Part shown: one piece after another, positions 52,098 through 62,588 of the stretch
Numbering within the stretch: the stretch's first letter is position 1
How the letters are laid out: each line of letters starts with the position of its first letter
From: Vulcanimicrobiota bacterium
Lineage (GTDB): Bacteria; Vulcanimicrobiota; Vulcanimicrobiia; Vulcanimicrobiales; Vulcanimicrobiaceae
Assembly: GCA_963833095.1 (NCBI GenBank)
Contig: CAWHWQ010000004.1
Span: 192,001-256,000, forward strand
Direction: 5' to 3'
DNA length: 64,000 nucleotides
Notes under the pieces: model-generated
Told to the model about the DNA's origin: nothing
Seen by the model: the letters and a program-made list of their open reading frames with translations, nothing else
Database searches by the model: none
Program-made: the position numbers and the translations under genes

Positions 52098-53231
52098 TCA
52101 CGTGAGTATGTCAGCCAGTCTCTCCTGATCTCTTGCCATCACCACTTCCATCGCAATGCGTTCACCGACCGACACGTCGCGGCCCCAACGATAGGCGGAG
52201 TACGGCGTGTAGCGCGTGCCCGGCGAACCCGGGATGCGCAGCGAGACGTCGTAACACACGAATTCCTTCGGCGGCCCGGCAACGATAATGCATTGCAGCG
52301 CAAACGGCCCGATGATTCCCGGCGCATTGGCTTCGCGCGCCGCGCTAACGAAACGTTCCCCCATCTCAAACGCCTGCTCGAGGGTCGATTCGGTCAAGGT
52401 CGCCGCAATGTGTCCGGCTTCTTCCAACCGCATCGGGACGTCGCGCAACGCCTCGAAGACCGCAGGCGGCACGTTACGGAAGCCTTCGAGATTGGTCTGA
52501 CGGCGCGTGTCCGTCCCCATCAATTCGAGTTCACCTAGCAGCGGCGAATAGAAGAAATTCAGATTGATCGAGGGTCCAAGAAGATACTCCTCGATGACCG
52601 AGTCGTGCAAACCCTCGGCGGTGAGCATCCCCTCGCGAATAAGCCGTTCCGCGGTCCTACGATACTCCTGCGGTGATGAGACCAGAAAAAACGCGCGCTC
52701 GAAACTGATCTTGGCGTGCGGGGCCTTCACCATCACGAGGCGATCGATCTCATTGGGCGACGCAAATTGGCGCGGATAGCGGATGCCGGCGCGCTGCATT
52801 AGCGTATATTGATTGCCCGCTTCGTTGCGCTCTTCAGCGCGCAAGAGGTACCGATTCCCGAAAAACGGGACCCGCATGCCGCGTTCGATCTGATCGTAGC
52901 TGAACTTTTGATGCAGGTAGACTTCGAACGAGCGATTGGCCACGAAGATCGCGCTACGCTCCAGCAGCGCTTGCTGCACCTTCTCGTCGAGGAGATCGGT
53001 GAACGCGTCGAGGTCGATCGTCTCGTCGACGCAGCCGCGCGCAACCGGCATCTCGCGCCGGGCAAAGTGCTCGGTGTAGGTGCGCTCGCGCCCCTTCGCT
53101 GTGATGACCAGATTGCGCAAACCCTGCGCGCGCGCTCCGTACGCCACGTCCAGCGCCGAATGGCTGCCGATCGAGCATAGCGTCAATTCAGAACGGTTGT
53201 AGGTCGCAAGCGCGGCAGAAACGTAGTCCAC
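52098..53231 (-). CDS. purP: PurP-like ATP-grasp protein (DUF1246/DUF1297), paralogue 2
   Basis: IGSHSALDV..GA, NRSF, VPFFGNR.LLRAEER, VKAPHAK..ERAFF, FFYSP, GPFALQ, DVSLRIPG, GERIAME. Confidence 0.88.
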   Translation of the reverse strand: MDYVSAALATYNRSELTLCSIGSHSALDVAYGARAQGLRNLVITAKGRERTYTEHFARREMPVARGCVDETIDLDAFTDLLDEKVQQALLERSAIFVANRSFEVYLHQKFSYDQIERGMRVPFFGNRYLLRAEERNEAGNQYTLMQRAGIRYPRQFASPNEIDRLVMVKAPHAKISFERAFFLVSSPQEYRRTAERLIREGMLTAEGLHDSVIEEYLLGPSINLNFFYSPLLGELELMGTDTRRQTNLEGFRNVPPAVFEALRDVPMRLEEAGHIAATLTESTLEQAFEMGERFVSAAREANAPGIIGPFALQCIIVAGPPKEFVCYDVSLRIPGSPGTRYTPYSAYRWGRDVSVGERIAMEVVMARDQERLADILT

Positions 53232-53241
53232 GTGCGCCGGG

Positions 53242-54228
53242 TTAATCCTCGATGACGACCTTTCCCGCCATCTGCCGCATGACGAACGTGCCATAGATGA
53301 CCACGACGACGAGCGCGACGATGACGACCGTGAGCGCGCTTGCGAGCGCAACCGGTCCGGGTGACGCGTCAAAGATCGAGATGCCCCCTTGGCGTGGCGG
53401 AAGGCTCGGCAAAAGGTACGGGTACATCGTGACCGAGGCTTGCAGCAAGAGCGACGCTAGAAACACCGATGACGCTGCAAAAGCGCGGTGCTCGCGTTTG
53501 CTCAGCGAAAGGAACAGCAACGCTACCAGCGATCCGAGGCTCAGCAGCGGAATGAAATCGATCCACGAGAGACCGATCCCGCGTTCGGACACCGTCGCCG
53601 CCGAAATCGCGAGGTAGAGCACCAGCACCACCGGCCACAGACGCGGTACCAGTCGCCGAGCGCGCTCCGTGGACGGCCCTTCCGTGCGCATAACCAAGAA
53701 CGTCGTGCCATGCAGCGCCAACGCAGCAACGGCAAAGATTCCCACCAGCAACGCGTAGGGATTGAGGAGCTCGTCGAACGTCCCCTCAAAATAGCCCTGG
53801 GGCCCCAGCGGCACGCCATGCAGCAAGTTGCCTAGCGCGACGCCAAAAAGCAAGATCAACAACGCGCTGGATGCGGCAAAGCAGAAATCCCAAAACTGAT
53901 GCCAGATCTCACTTGGGATGTGCGAACGCAATTCCATCGCGATGCCGCGAAACATCAAGAGCCACAGCACGATGATCAAGGGAAGATAAAATCCCGAGAA
54001 CGACGATGCATAGGCTTTTGGAAAGAGCGCAAAGAGCGCACCTCCCGCGGCGATGAGCCACACCTCGTTTCCATTCCAGAACGGGCCGATGCTTTGCATC
54101 GAACCTTCGCGCTGACGATCGCTGCGCGCAACCAGCGGTGTGATCGTCGCAACGCCGAGATCGAACCCGTCGAGCAGAACGTAGACGGTGAGCATGAACG
54201 CAATAACGACAAATGCCGCAACGCTCAT
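53242..54228 (-). CDS. cydB: Cytochrome bd oxidase subunit II
   Basis: LDGFDLG, GPFWNGNEVWL, FRGIAMELR. Confidence 0.95.
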   Translation of the reverse strand: MSVAAFVVIAFMLTVYVLLDGFDLGVATITPLVARSDRQREGSMQSIGPFWNGNEVWLIAAGGALFALFPKAYASSFSGFYLPLIIVLWLLMFRGIAMELRSHIPSEIWHQFWDFCFAASSALLILLFGVALGNLLHGVPLGPQGYFEGTFDELLNPYALLVGIFAVAALALHGTTFLVMRTEGPSTERARRLVPRLWPVVLVLYLAISAATVSERGIGLSWIDFIPLLSLGSLVALLFLSLSKREHRAFAASSVFLASLLLQASVTMYPYLLPSLPPRQGGISIFDASPGPVALASALTVVIVALVVVVIYGTFVMRQMAGKVVIED

Positions 54229-55532
54229 GCCGGGCCGTGACCGATCTCGCGAAGCGTCAGAAACAAGAAGAGAAAGCCTAGCAAGAAGTACATTCCGATA
54301 AAGCCGATGAGCGTGAAGATCGTTTCACCGCTGGCAACGGTCGGTGAGGCGCCGCTCGCCGTGCGCATCAACCCATAGATGATCCACGGTTGACGTCCGA
54401 CCTCGGTCGTGACCCATCCGGCTTCGTTCGCAATGTACGGAAAGGGCATCACGAGCAGCAACAGCCAGAGCAGCGGACGCGTCTCAAAGAGCTGTTTTCG
54501 CCAGAGGAACAGCGCGCAGAGTCCTGCGATGCCGGTGAAGATCGTGCCGAGCCCGACCATCACATGGTATGCGTAATAGGTCAAATCCACCGGCGGCCAC
54601 AGCTCGGTCGCATACGCGCTCAAACCCTTGACGTTTGCGGTGAAATTGCCGTAGGCAAGAAAGCTCAGGAGATCGGGCACAAAGATTGGGTCGATCAAGC
54701 TGCGCGTGTGCGAATCCGGCATACCGATAATCGCCAGCGGCGCATCTTGCGTCGAGCGGAAGAGTCCTTCCATCGCGGCGAGCTTGATCGGCTGGTACTT
54801 GGTCACTTCGTCGCCGTTGCGATCGCCCGTCGGAAACACGGCAAGCACCGCAAAGACCAACGCCACGATTACGCCGATATCAACGAAACGCTGCGCCAAG
54901 ATCGTCTCGCGTTTCGAAAGCAGATAGTATGCGCCCACACCGGCAATGATGAACCCGCCGGCAACCATCGCGCCGCACAGCACGTGCGCGTATTGCCACC
55001 AGGCAAAGGGCGAGAGCAGCAGCGCCGGCAGGCTGGTGAGTTCGATTTTGCCACCCGGTGCAAGCGCGTATCCGACGGGATGTTGCATCCACGCGTCGGT
55101 CGCGACGATGAAAAATCCCGAGAGCCACGAGCCCACCCACACTGCGACCGCGGAGGTCGAGTAGAGCCACGGCGCGACGCGGTCTTTGCCCCACAAGAGG
55201 ACACCCAGGAAGATCGACTCGAGGAAGAACGCGTAGGCGCCTTCCATCGCAAGCGGTTGCCCGATGACCGCGCCCGCCGCCGCAGAGAACGCCGCCCAAT
55301 TCGTCCCGAATTCGAACTCCATCGGAATGCCGGTTACGACCCCGACCGCGAAGTTGATCGCGAAGATCCGGGTCCAAAAGGTCGCCGCCCGCGCGGCATC
55401 GCGATCGCCCCGCGCCGCTTCGATGGTGTAGAGCGCGACAAACGGCGCCAACCCGATCGTCGTGATCGGGAACAAGTAATGGAACATGATGGTGAACGCG
55501 AACTGCAGCCGGTCGGCTGTTACGACATCCAT
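54225..55532 (-). CDS. cydA: Cytochrome bd oxidase subunit I
   Basis: RLQFA..FHYLF, GVVTGI.MEFEFGTNW, QPIKLAAMEG, EVGRQPW. Confidence 0.96.
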   Translation of the reverse strand: MDVVTADRLQFAFTIMFHYLFPITTIGLAPFVALYTIEAARGDRDAARAATFWTRIFAINFAVGVVTGIPMEFEFGTNWAAFSAAAGAVIGQPLAMEGAYAFFLESIFLGVLLWGKDRVAPWLYSTSAVAVWVGSWLSGFFIVATDAWMQHPVGYALAPGGKIELTSLPALLLSPFAWWQYAHVLCGAMVAGGFIIAGVGAYYLLSKRETILAQRFVDIGVIVALVFAVLAVFPTGDRNGDEVTKYQPIKLAAMEGLFRSTQDAPLAIIGMPDSHTRSLIDPIFVPDLLSFLAYGNFTANVKGLSAYATELWPPVDLTYYAYHVMVGLGTIFTGIAGLCALFLWRKQLFETRPLLWLLLLVMPFPYIANEAGWVTTEVGRQPWIIYGLMRTASGASPTVASGETIFTLIGFIGMYFLLGFLFLFLTLREIGHGPA

Positions 55533-55657
55533 ACCCCGCTATTCTATGACAACGCGGTGCAAGAAGCGACCGCCTTGTGTCGATCTATGCGCCCGCTTGG
55601 TCGAACCGGGCATGGGTCGTGACAGCGCCCACTCGGCGCATTATGATAGCTCGTACC

Positions 55658-56914
55658 ATGAAGCTTCGCTCGCTATGTGCCCTGGCGGTGCTCTCGCTGG
55701 TAACCATCACCGGATGCTCGAAGCCCCAGGAGCAGCCCTCGCCCGCCCCGGTGGCCACGTCGGTGGCGAAGGAGGCGACGCTCGCGCCAACCGAGCTGTT
55801 GGCCGGCACGATCGCGCCCTTTCAGAACATCGCAATCACCTCGTCGCTGGCCGAACCGACGCTGACGGTCAACGTCAACGAAGGCGATATCGTCCGTCGC
55901 GGCGAGGTTCTCGCCCGCTTAAATACCGACGATCTGCAGGCCGACTACCGGCAGTATATGGCGTCGGCGCAAGGCAGCGGCGCAACCACCACGCAAGACG
56001 TCTACACCGCGACGCAGACGATAACCACGGCGGGACAGACCTTGCTTTCTGCGCGAGCCGCCCTTCATCAAGCCCAACAGACGCTGGCAAATGACTCGGC
56101 CAACCTCAAGATCGACGAGTCGCTGCTGCAGAACGGCTACGTTTCGCAGCAAACCGTCTTCACGCAGCGCACCCTCGTCGCCAACGATCAGCAGTCGGTC
56201 CGTTCGTACCAGGCGTCGCTTACCAGCGCGATGGCTGCGCGCACCGCCGCCGGTACGATGAGCAAGGGCGTCCCGGCTTCGATGATTCAAGCGCAAGAGG
56301 CAGCGCAACAAGAAGCTTACGCGCAGGCCGATCAATATCGCGCGCAAATCGCGCGCGGAACGATCGTTTCGCCGATCGACGGGATCGTCGTCAATCGCTA
56401 CCTCAATCCCGGTGAATATCCCGGAACCCGCCAGCTCTTTACAATCCAGCAGCTCAATCCGGTGTATGCGGTCTTCGACGCGTCTGATGCGCAACTCGTC
56501 GGCGTGCGCAAAGGCGCAACGATCGCGTTCACGACCACCGACGCACCGAATCGAAAGTATCAAGCCAAGATCGTCGCCATACTCGGTCAGGTCGAGCCGG
56601 GTTCGACCAGTTTTGTGGTCAAGGCCGTCTTACCCAACCCGCATTACGCCTTGACCTCCGGCATGGCGATCTCGGGGATCGTTGCGCTTGCCCCCGTGCG
56701 CGGCATCAGCATTCCGGTCACCGCCTTTCTCGACGACTCGCATTCGTCGGTGATGGTCGTTTCATCCGACGGCACCGTGCACACGACGGCGGTTCGTCAG
56801 ATTGGGGCAGCCACGCAAACCGCCGCCGTCGTCACCGGTCTTGCGGCCGGAACACCGGTCATTGCAAACGGGCAACTCGGGCTCGCCGACGGTCAGAAAG
56901 TCGCCGTGCACTAG
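55658..56914 (+). CDS. RND efflux periplasmic adaptor (lipoprotein)
   Basis: ITGC lipobox, VNEGDIVRRGEVLA, IVSPIDGIV, L.SGM. Confidence 0.92.
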   Translation: MKLRSLCALAVLSLVTITGCSKPQEQPSPAPVATSVAKEATLAPTELLAGTIAPFQNIAITSSLAEPTLTVNVNEGDIVRRGEVLARLNTDDLQADYRQYMASAQGSGATTTQDVYTATQTITTAGQTLLSARAALHQAQQTLANDSANLKIDESLLQNGYVSQQTVFTQRTLVANDQQSVRSYQASLTSAMAARTAAGTMSKGVPASMIQAQEAAQQEAYAQADQYRAQIARGTIVSPIDGIVVNRYLNPGEYPGTRQLFTIQQLNPVYAVFDASDAQLVGVRKGATIAFTTTDAPNRKYQAKIVAILGQVEPGSTSFVVKAVLPNPHYALTSGMAISGIVALAPVRGISIPVTAFLDDSHSSVMVVSSDGTVHTTAVRQIGAATQTAAVVTGLAAGTPVIANGQLGLADGQKVAVH

Positions 56915-56915
56915 C

Positions 56916-59900
56916 ATGGGCCTGACCAAAGTCTTTCTCGAACGCCCGACGTTAGCATTCGTTCTGATCGCGCTCATCTTTCTCGCCGGTTTCATGGCGC
57001 TGCGCTCGCTCGTGCAACAGCAATTCCCCAATGTCGTTCAGCCCACGATCACCGTCACGGCGAACTATTCCGGCGCTCCGGCGACCGTGATGCGCGACGA
57101 CGTCGTGATGCCGATCGAAGATCAACTCGCCGGCGCGCTCGACCTGTACCGCATCAACTCCGTCGTTCAGAGCGGAACGGCGCGAATCAGCGCCGTGTTC
57201 ACACTGACCTCCGACACGTCGACCGATCTTGCCAATACGCTCAAAGCGGTGCAAGCCGCTTCGTCCCAGCTCCCCAAAAATATGCTCGCGCCCACCGTGC
57301 AAATCAACGATCCCAGCGAGTCCACGGTGGTAACGCTCGAAGCGTCCTCGGCAACGTTACCCCTCTCCCAACTCTCGATGCTGGTGATCAACCGAATCGG
57401 ACCAGCAATTCAGCAGGTCCCCGGTGTTTCGCTCGTCAGCGAAAACGGAACCGTCACGCCAGCCTACGAGGTCGTGGTCAACCCGTTTCGTTTGGCGGCC
57501 GCGAACCTCACGCTCAACGACATCTACAACGTCGTCAGCGCTGATAACCAGCGCTTGCCCGGCGGCTACGTCTACAGCGCCAATCGTCAAACGCAAGTCG
57601 ACATCCGCGGCGACGTGCAGACACCGCAGTCGATCGCGTACCTCCTAATCGCACCACCGAGCGGCGTCGCGCCGCTACCCGGCATAAACCCCCCGGTCGG
57701 TTCGGTGAATCCCTGGACCGTTGGGAACACCGTGCACCGCATCGGGGATGTCGCATCGGTCGTTAACGGCAACGAGCCGCGGCTGCAAATCGCTGAAATC
57801 AACGGACAATCGGCGGTTCTTCTCTCGGTTCAAAAGACCGACGCCGCGAGCGAAGTCAACGCTTCAAATGCGGTGATCGCCGCATTGCCCAGACTCGAGC
57901 GCGAGTTTCCCGCGGTCTCGTTCCGCGTCATCAACGTCGAGTCGCGCTTTACCGAGCAGCAGATCTCCGGCGTCGAGCGGACGCTCATGGAGGGAATCGT
58001 CCTCACCGGGATCGTGATGCTCTTCTTCTTGGCAACTCCTGGCGACGCCATCGTCGTGTTGATCGCCATTCCGACGTCGCTCTGCGTCGCGCTCTTCGTG
58101 ATGAAGATGCTCGACTTGACGCTGGACACGTTTCGCTCTTGGCCATGACGCTGGTCATCGGAATCCTCGTCGACGACTCGACGGTCACGCTCGAGAATAT
58201 CGCGCGCCACTATAAGCTCGGGGAAGATCCCTGCGATGCCGCGCTCGAGGCCGCAGCGAGATCGGCATGGCCGCGATCGTCATCACGCTCGTCGACGTGG
58301 TCGTCTTTCTTCCGATCGCATTCATCCGGGGCAGTCGGACGGTTTCTCCAAGAGTTCGGCATCGTCGTGACGATTTCAACGCTCACCTCGCTTTTCGTCT
58401 CCTTTACGATCACGCCCACGCTCGCCGGCCTCTGGGCGCTCGAGTCGACGTGGAAACCTTGGCGAATCATTCGCGTCTTCGAAGCCGGGGTCGCGCGCGT
58501 GACGGACTGGTACGCCACTCACGTCTTACGGTGGGGCCTCGCGCACCCGTGGCTCGTGCTCGGTGTTTGTGTTGCGTCGTTCGTCGTGTCCGTCTCCCTG
58601 GTTCCGCTGGGCGCTATCGGCGAAGAATTCATTCCGCCCGAAGACCGCGGCGAGATTTTCTTGCAGTTCGCGTATCCCAGTGGCACGCCGCTGGCAACCG
58701 TACAAGCCGCAGCGATAAAGATCGAGCAAGTCGTCGATCAGAGCCCGGATCTCTTTGCTGATGCGACTATCGCCGGCGCGTATGCGGCTCCGTTCGGCGG
58801 ATTCGTCTCACAGATCAACGTGGGTCAAGTCCACGCCTTCCTCAAGGCCGGCCGCAAGCACTCGACGTCGTATTGGGTTCAGTATTACCGCACGCATATT
58901 CCGCAATTGGTGCCGGAGGCGAACGTAACGGTCGTTCCCGTAACCAACATCAATGGTGGGAACTCTCAACCGTTCGACATGATCGTCAGCGATATCTCAG
59001 GCGGCGATCCGACGTCGTGGGCGATCAAACTCTTCGGGATACTGCAGGGCACGCCGGGCGCAACCGATGCCAATAGCACCGCCGCCTCGCTCGCCCCGGA
59101 GATCGAACTCGAGTTCAATCGTGCCCGGGCGCGCGCACTCGACGTCGACATCGGTCAGGCCTCGCTCGCAGCGGAAGCGGCCTTCGGAGGTGCGATCGCA
59201 ACGTCATTCGAGCGCCCTACCGGCGAAGAGCAAGTGCAGATCATCTATCCAATCAGCGCTCAGCACCAAGTCGCTCAGCTTCTCAACATTCCAGTTCGAA
59301 CGACCAACGGCAACATCGTGCACATGGGAGACTTCGCGCACGTCACCGAGGATCCGCAACCCCCGCTGATCATACGCATCGATCTCAACAACGCCGTGCA
59401 CCTCTTGGCAAACCCGGATGCAAAGACGTCGCTCGGGCAACTCACCAACGCCTTCCTCAAACGCGCCGCGTCCGTGCATCTCCCAAGCAATATCACGCTG
59501 ACCGCGGCACCGCTGGGTCAGGGCGATTTCATGAACCAGTTGCTCGCGGGAATGGGCGCCGGGCTGATTCTCTCGGTCGTTCTCGTCTTTTTGTTGATGG
59601 TCGCGCTGTACAACAGTTACATCTCGCCGTTCATCATCATGTTCTCGGTCCCCGTGGCGGCCGTTGGCGGCATCTTCGCGCTGTTCCTAACGCACGAGAC
59701 GTTGAACATGTTCTCGTTGATCGGCTGCGTGCTGCTGGTCGGGATCGCGGCCAAGAACGGCATCCTGTTGGTGGATTATGCGAACACGCTGCGCGAACGC
59801 GGTGAAGCAAAGCTCGTGGCCATTCAGGAGAGCGCGCGCACCCGTTTTCGTCCGATCGTGATGACCAGTCTTTCGGTCATTGCCGGCAACATTCCATTGG

Positions 59901-60124
59901 CGCTGGCGCTCGAACCCGGGTCGAGCGTTCGCAGCAGCCTTGGTGTCGTGGTGTGCGGCGGCGCATTTAGCTCACTCGTGCTCACACTGGTGTTGGTTCC
60001 CGTCATGTACATGTGGCTCGCGCCCGAAACATTGCCGGTGGTTCACCACGGCGAGGAGAACGGCATTACCCAGCCGGCGCCAAGACCTTCCGCGCCTCCG
60101 GTGAGTCCTGGTATTCCACGGTAA
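56916..60124 (+). CDS. RND efflux permease (AcrB family; frameshifts near 58135, 58255, 58330)
   Basis: FLERP, GILVDDS.V..EN, ITPTL, KNGILLVD, RFRPIVMT, LVPVMY. Confidence 0.92.
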
Positions 60125-61196
60125 GAATCGAGCGCAGGTGCGCCGCGGCGGTTTTGGCGTCGTCTGAATCCATCCGCTGCAACGTGTTCAGGCAGCTCAA
60201 AAGCAGCATCGGCATGTCGCGATCGCGCGGGTACACCTTGTGCATGTCGTCGATGGACTGCGCCACGAGCACGGTTTGCGCCGCCTCGCGGTTACCGTAG
60301 TTGTAGTCGAGCATGAAGTTGATGTGTTTGAGCTCGTTCTCGATGCCGAGAATCGAGTACCCCATCTGCCCGAAGTACTCGTCTGCAGGCGCAAGCGTGG
60401 TGAGATATTTATCGTGCGGCATCGCCGAGACGCTCGCGATGATCAGCAGCGAGGGCAGATTCTTGATCCGCTCCGCGATGATATTTGCATTGGTTCGATC
60501 GCCTTGCGTAAAATCGCCGGTCGTGCTCGCTTGCGCGATTTGAACCGCGCGCACGAACTCCGGCCCGTAGGTCGTCGGAAGGTGCGCCAGCGGAAAGTTC
60601 GGATTCGCGGCCTTTTGAAAGGCCAGCGAACGCCAGGAACGATCGCCGGTGAGCACCCACGCGCGCCAATTGGCTTCGACGGTTTGCAGTCGCGTATTGA
60701 CGTCGGCGGGATAGGCTGCGGCATTGGCTTGCGCATCCTCGTCGGCGAGACGCGCGAGATTCTGCGGATTGTCTTCGGAGTTGACGCGCTCCAGTAAGCC
60801 GTTGGCATCCGCGACAAGGGCCGGATCGGTGCTGTTGCGACTCACCCATACCGCGGCTTCGCGAACGTACCACACGGCCGCGTCGTGATTGGTCAATGGA
60901 TTGTAGTGGAGACCCGAGCCGATTTGCACGGTCAAGGTCTCGAGTTCGCGGAACGCCGGATCGTCGGGTCGCTGGAGCGAGTACGCGCGCCCCGCGTTGA
61001 AGATCGTCGAGAGATAGAGTTCCTGATCGACGAAATCCCACTGCGCGGCCGACGCCTTATCGTAGGCGGTCTTCATTTGCGCGTAGAGTACGCTTGGATC
61101 AGCCTCCAGGGCCGCGCGCGCCGGAAGCGCTAACGCTGCGATGACCGCGATCGCGAGGCACCCCGGAAGAACTGCGTTAAAGAACCGAACCATCAT
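60066..61196 (-). CDS. Secreted helical (TPR-like) hypothetical protein
   Basis: Signal peptide; APADEYFG motif; C-terminal EYQDSPEA. Confidence 0.8.
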   Translation of the reverse strand: MMVRFFNAVLPGCLAIAVIAALALPARAALEADPSVLYAQMKTAYDKASAAQWDFVDQELYLSTIFNAGRAYSLQRPDDPAFRELETLTVQIGSGLHYNPLTNHDAAVWYVREAAVWVSRNSTDPALVADANGLLERVNSEDNPQNLARLADEDAQANAAAYPADVNTRLQTVEANWRAWVLTGDRSWRSLAFQKAANPNFPLAHLPTTYGPEFVRAVQIAQASTTGDFTQGDRTNANIIAERIKNLPSLLIIASVSAMPHDKYLTTLAPADEYFGQMGYSILGIENELKHINFMLDYNYGNREAAQTVLVAQSIDDMHKVYPRDRDMPMLLLSCLNTLQRMDSDDAKTAAAHLRSILTVEYQDSPEARKVLAPAG

Positions 61197-62199
61197 CTAA
61201 GACCAAACGCAGATTGTTGGTCAAAAGTGCGTTCTTGATTTCCCGAGCGATTCGCCGTCCGGTCGACATCGGTTCGGAGTAGTTGAGATACGAATACGGC
61301 GATCCGTCGATGAAGAGGTTGGTTCCGGCGACGATTCGCGCCGAGATTTCCATACAGTAAAAATGCATATCGGGTGTAATGATTGACTCGATGCAAAACG
61401 CGCCGAAAAGGCCCTTGGGCCCGGCAATTTCCTTGCTCACTCGTACCACATTTTCGCCCATCCGTAACGCTTCGGCCAGCATCGATTCGCGCAGGCTCAC
61501 CGGCTGGTTACCGACGACCACGTAGGACGGGCTCACATCCATGCCTTCTTGCGCAGCGGCTGGAATGCGGCCAAGCGAATCGACGTTGGTCTCGTAGCGG
61601 CGGTCCATCGACATGATCTCGAGCCGGTCTTCCAGCGGCGAATAGAAATAGTGGATGTAGAGCGGAACGCCGATGATGTACTCCTGGATCGTGTAGGCTT
61701 TCTTGAGTTCCTTCGAGCGCTTCTCGAAGTCGGCCGCGTCCCGGATAAACATGTAACCCTTGCCGCCGCCGGCACCGTAGAGCTTCACGATCACCGGACG
61801 ATCGATTTCGGCCCCGGTCTTGAATTGACGCGGCATCGTGATGTCGGCCCGCGTGAGCCACTCGCGCTGCAATTCGCGGCTCGCCTCCCAATCGAGGACG
61901 GCCTTGTTCCCGAAATACGGAATCGTCATCTTCTTGTGCTCGTCGAGCGACAGATATGCGACGAACGAACCGTGCGGCACGATGATCACCTTACGCCGCT
62001 CCAGCTCGCCGACCAAATTGGGAAATTCCGAGTAGCTATCGACCGCCATGACCTCATCGATGAACGCAAACGAACGGTAGAGACGTTCGGTTTGGCGGCT
62101 CGCGACCGCAAGCGTATGAAAGCCCTCGTCGTGCGCGCCTTTGAGAATCTGCAGCGCCGAATGGGAGCCCAGTGTCGCAATCGTGTACGGTCGATTCAT
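61177..62199 (-). CDS. purP: PurP (formate-dependent FAICAR synthetase family), paralogue 1
   Basis: IATLGSHSALQILKGA..EGF, PHGSFVAY, PYFGNK.VL.WE, GGKGY, YFYSP, DRRYETNVD, EISARIVAGTN, MSTGRRIAREIK. Confidence 0.92.
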   Translation of the reverse strand: MNRPYTIATLGSHSALQILKGAHDEGFHTLAVASRQTERLYRSFAFIDEVMAVDSYSEFPNLVGELERRKVIIVPHGSFVAYLSLDEHKKMTIPYFGNKAVLDWEASRELQREWLTRADITMPRQFKTGAEIDRPVIVKLYGAGGGKGYMFIRDAADFEKRSKELKKAYTIQEYIIGVPLYIHYFYSPLEDRLEIMSMDRRYETNVDSLGRIPAAAQEGMDVSPSYVVVGNQPVSLRESMLAEALRMGENVVRVSKEIAGPKGLFGAFCIESIITPDMHFYCMEISARIVAGTNLFIDGSPYSYLNYSEPMSTGRRIAREIKNALLTNNLRLVLDDGSVL

Positions 62200-62588
62200 T
62201 TCGGGAAAATAGCCCTTTCAATGGCGGGATTGCAGAGAAGGCGTTCCGCGGCCTGCGCAAGCACGGTCGCGTTCGCAGGCGCACCCGAAGCGCCGAAGAG
62301 ACGCCAGCCGACGGGCCGCTCGGCATCATCTTGCACGATCCAGACTTCACCGGGCCGCGGCGCATCCTCATCGAGCACGGTGACGCGGTGCTTGTTGGGA
62401 TTGTAGAGTGATTCGTCGCGTTCGATCTGCGCGATCAACGCCTTGGGCTCGGGCGCGTCCGCGACACGAACGATCTCGCAGCGCTCGACACCGGCGACCT
62501 CGACGCCAAGGCGCCGCAGGGTGACAAGCGCGGTGTACGCCGCGTTGTCGGGTATCTTGAGGTTGATGGCGATGGCGCGGTGACTCAC
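62196..62588 (-). CDS. purS: PurS-like protein with two degenerate PurS modules
   Basis: LKIPD..TLRRLG, LYNPN and LLCNPAIE; lies between purQ and purP. Confidence 0.6.
   Translation of the reverse strand: MSHRAIAINLKIPDNAAYTALVTLRRLGVEVAGVERCEIVRVADAPEPKALIAQIERDESLYNPNKHRVTVLDEDAPRPGEVWIVQDDAERPVGWRLFGASGAPANATVLAQAAERLLCNPAIERAIFPK

Noticed and set aside
47043..55622. Long antisense ORFs (e.g. 47043..48680, 54390..55622)
   Set aside because: Shadows of purD/guaA and cydA typical of high-GC DNA; no motifs
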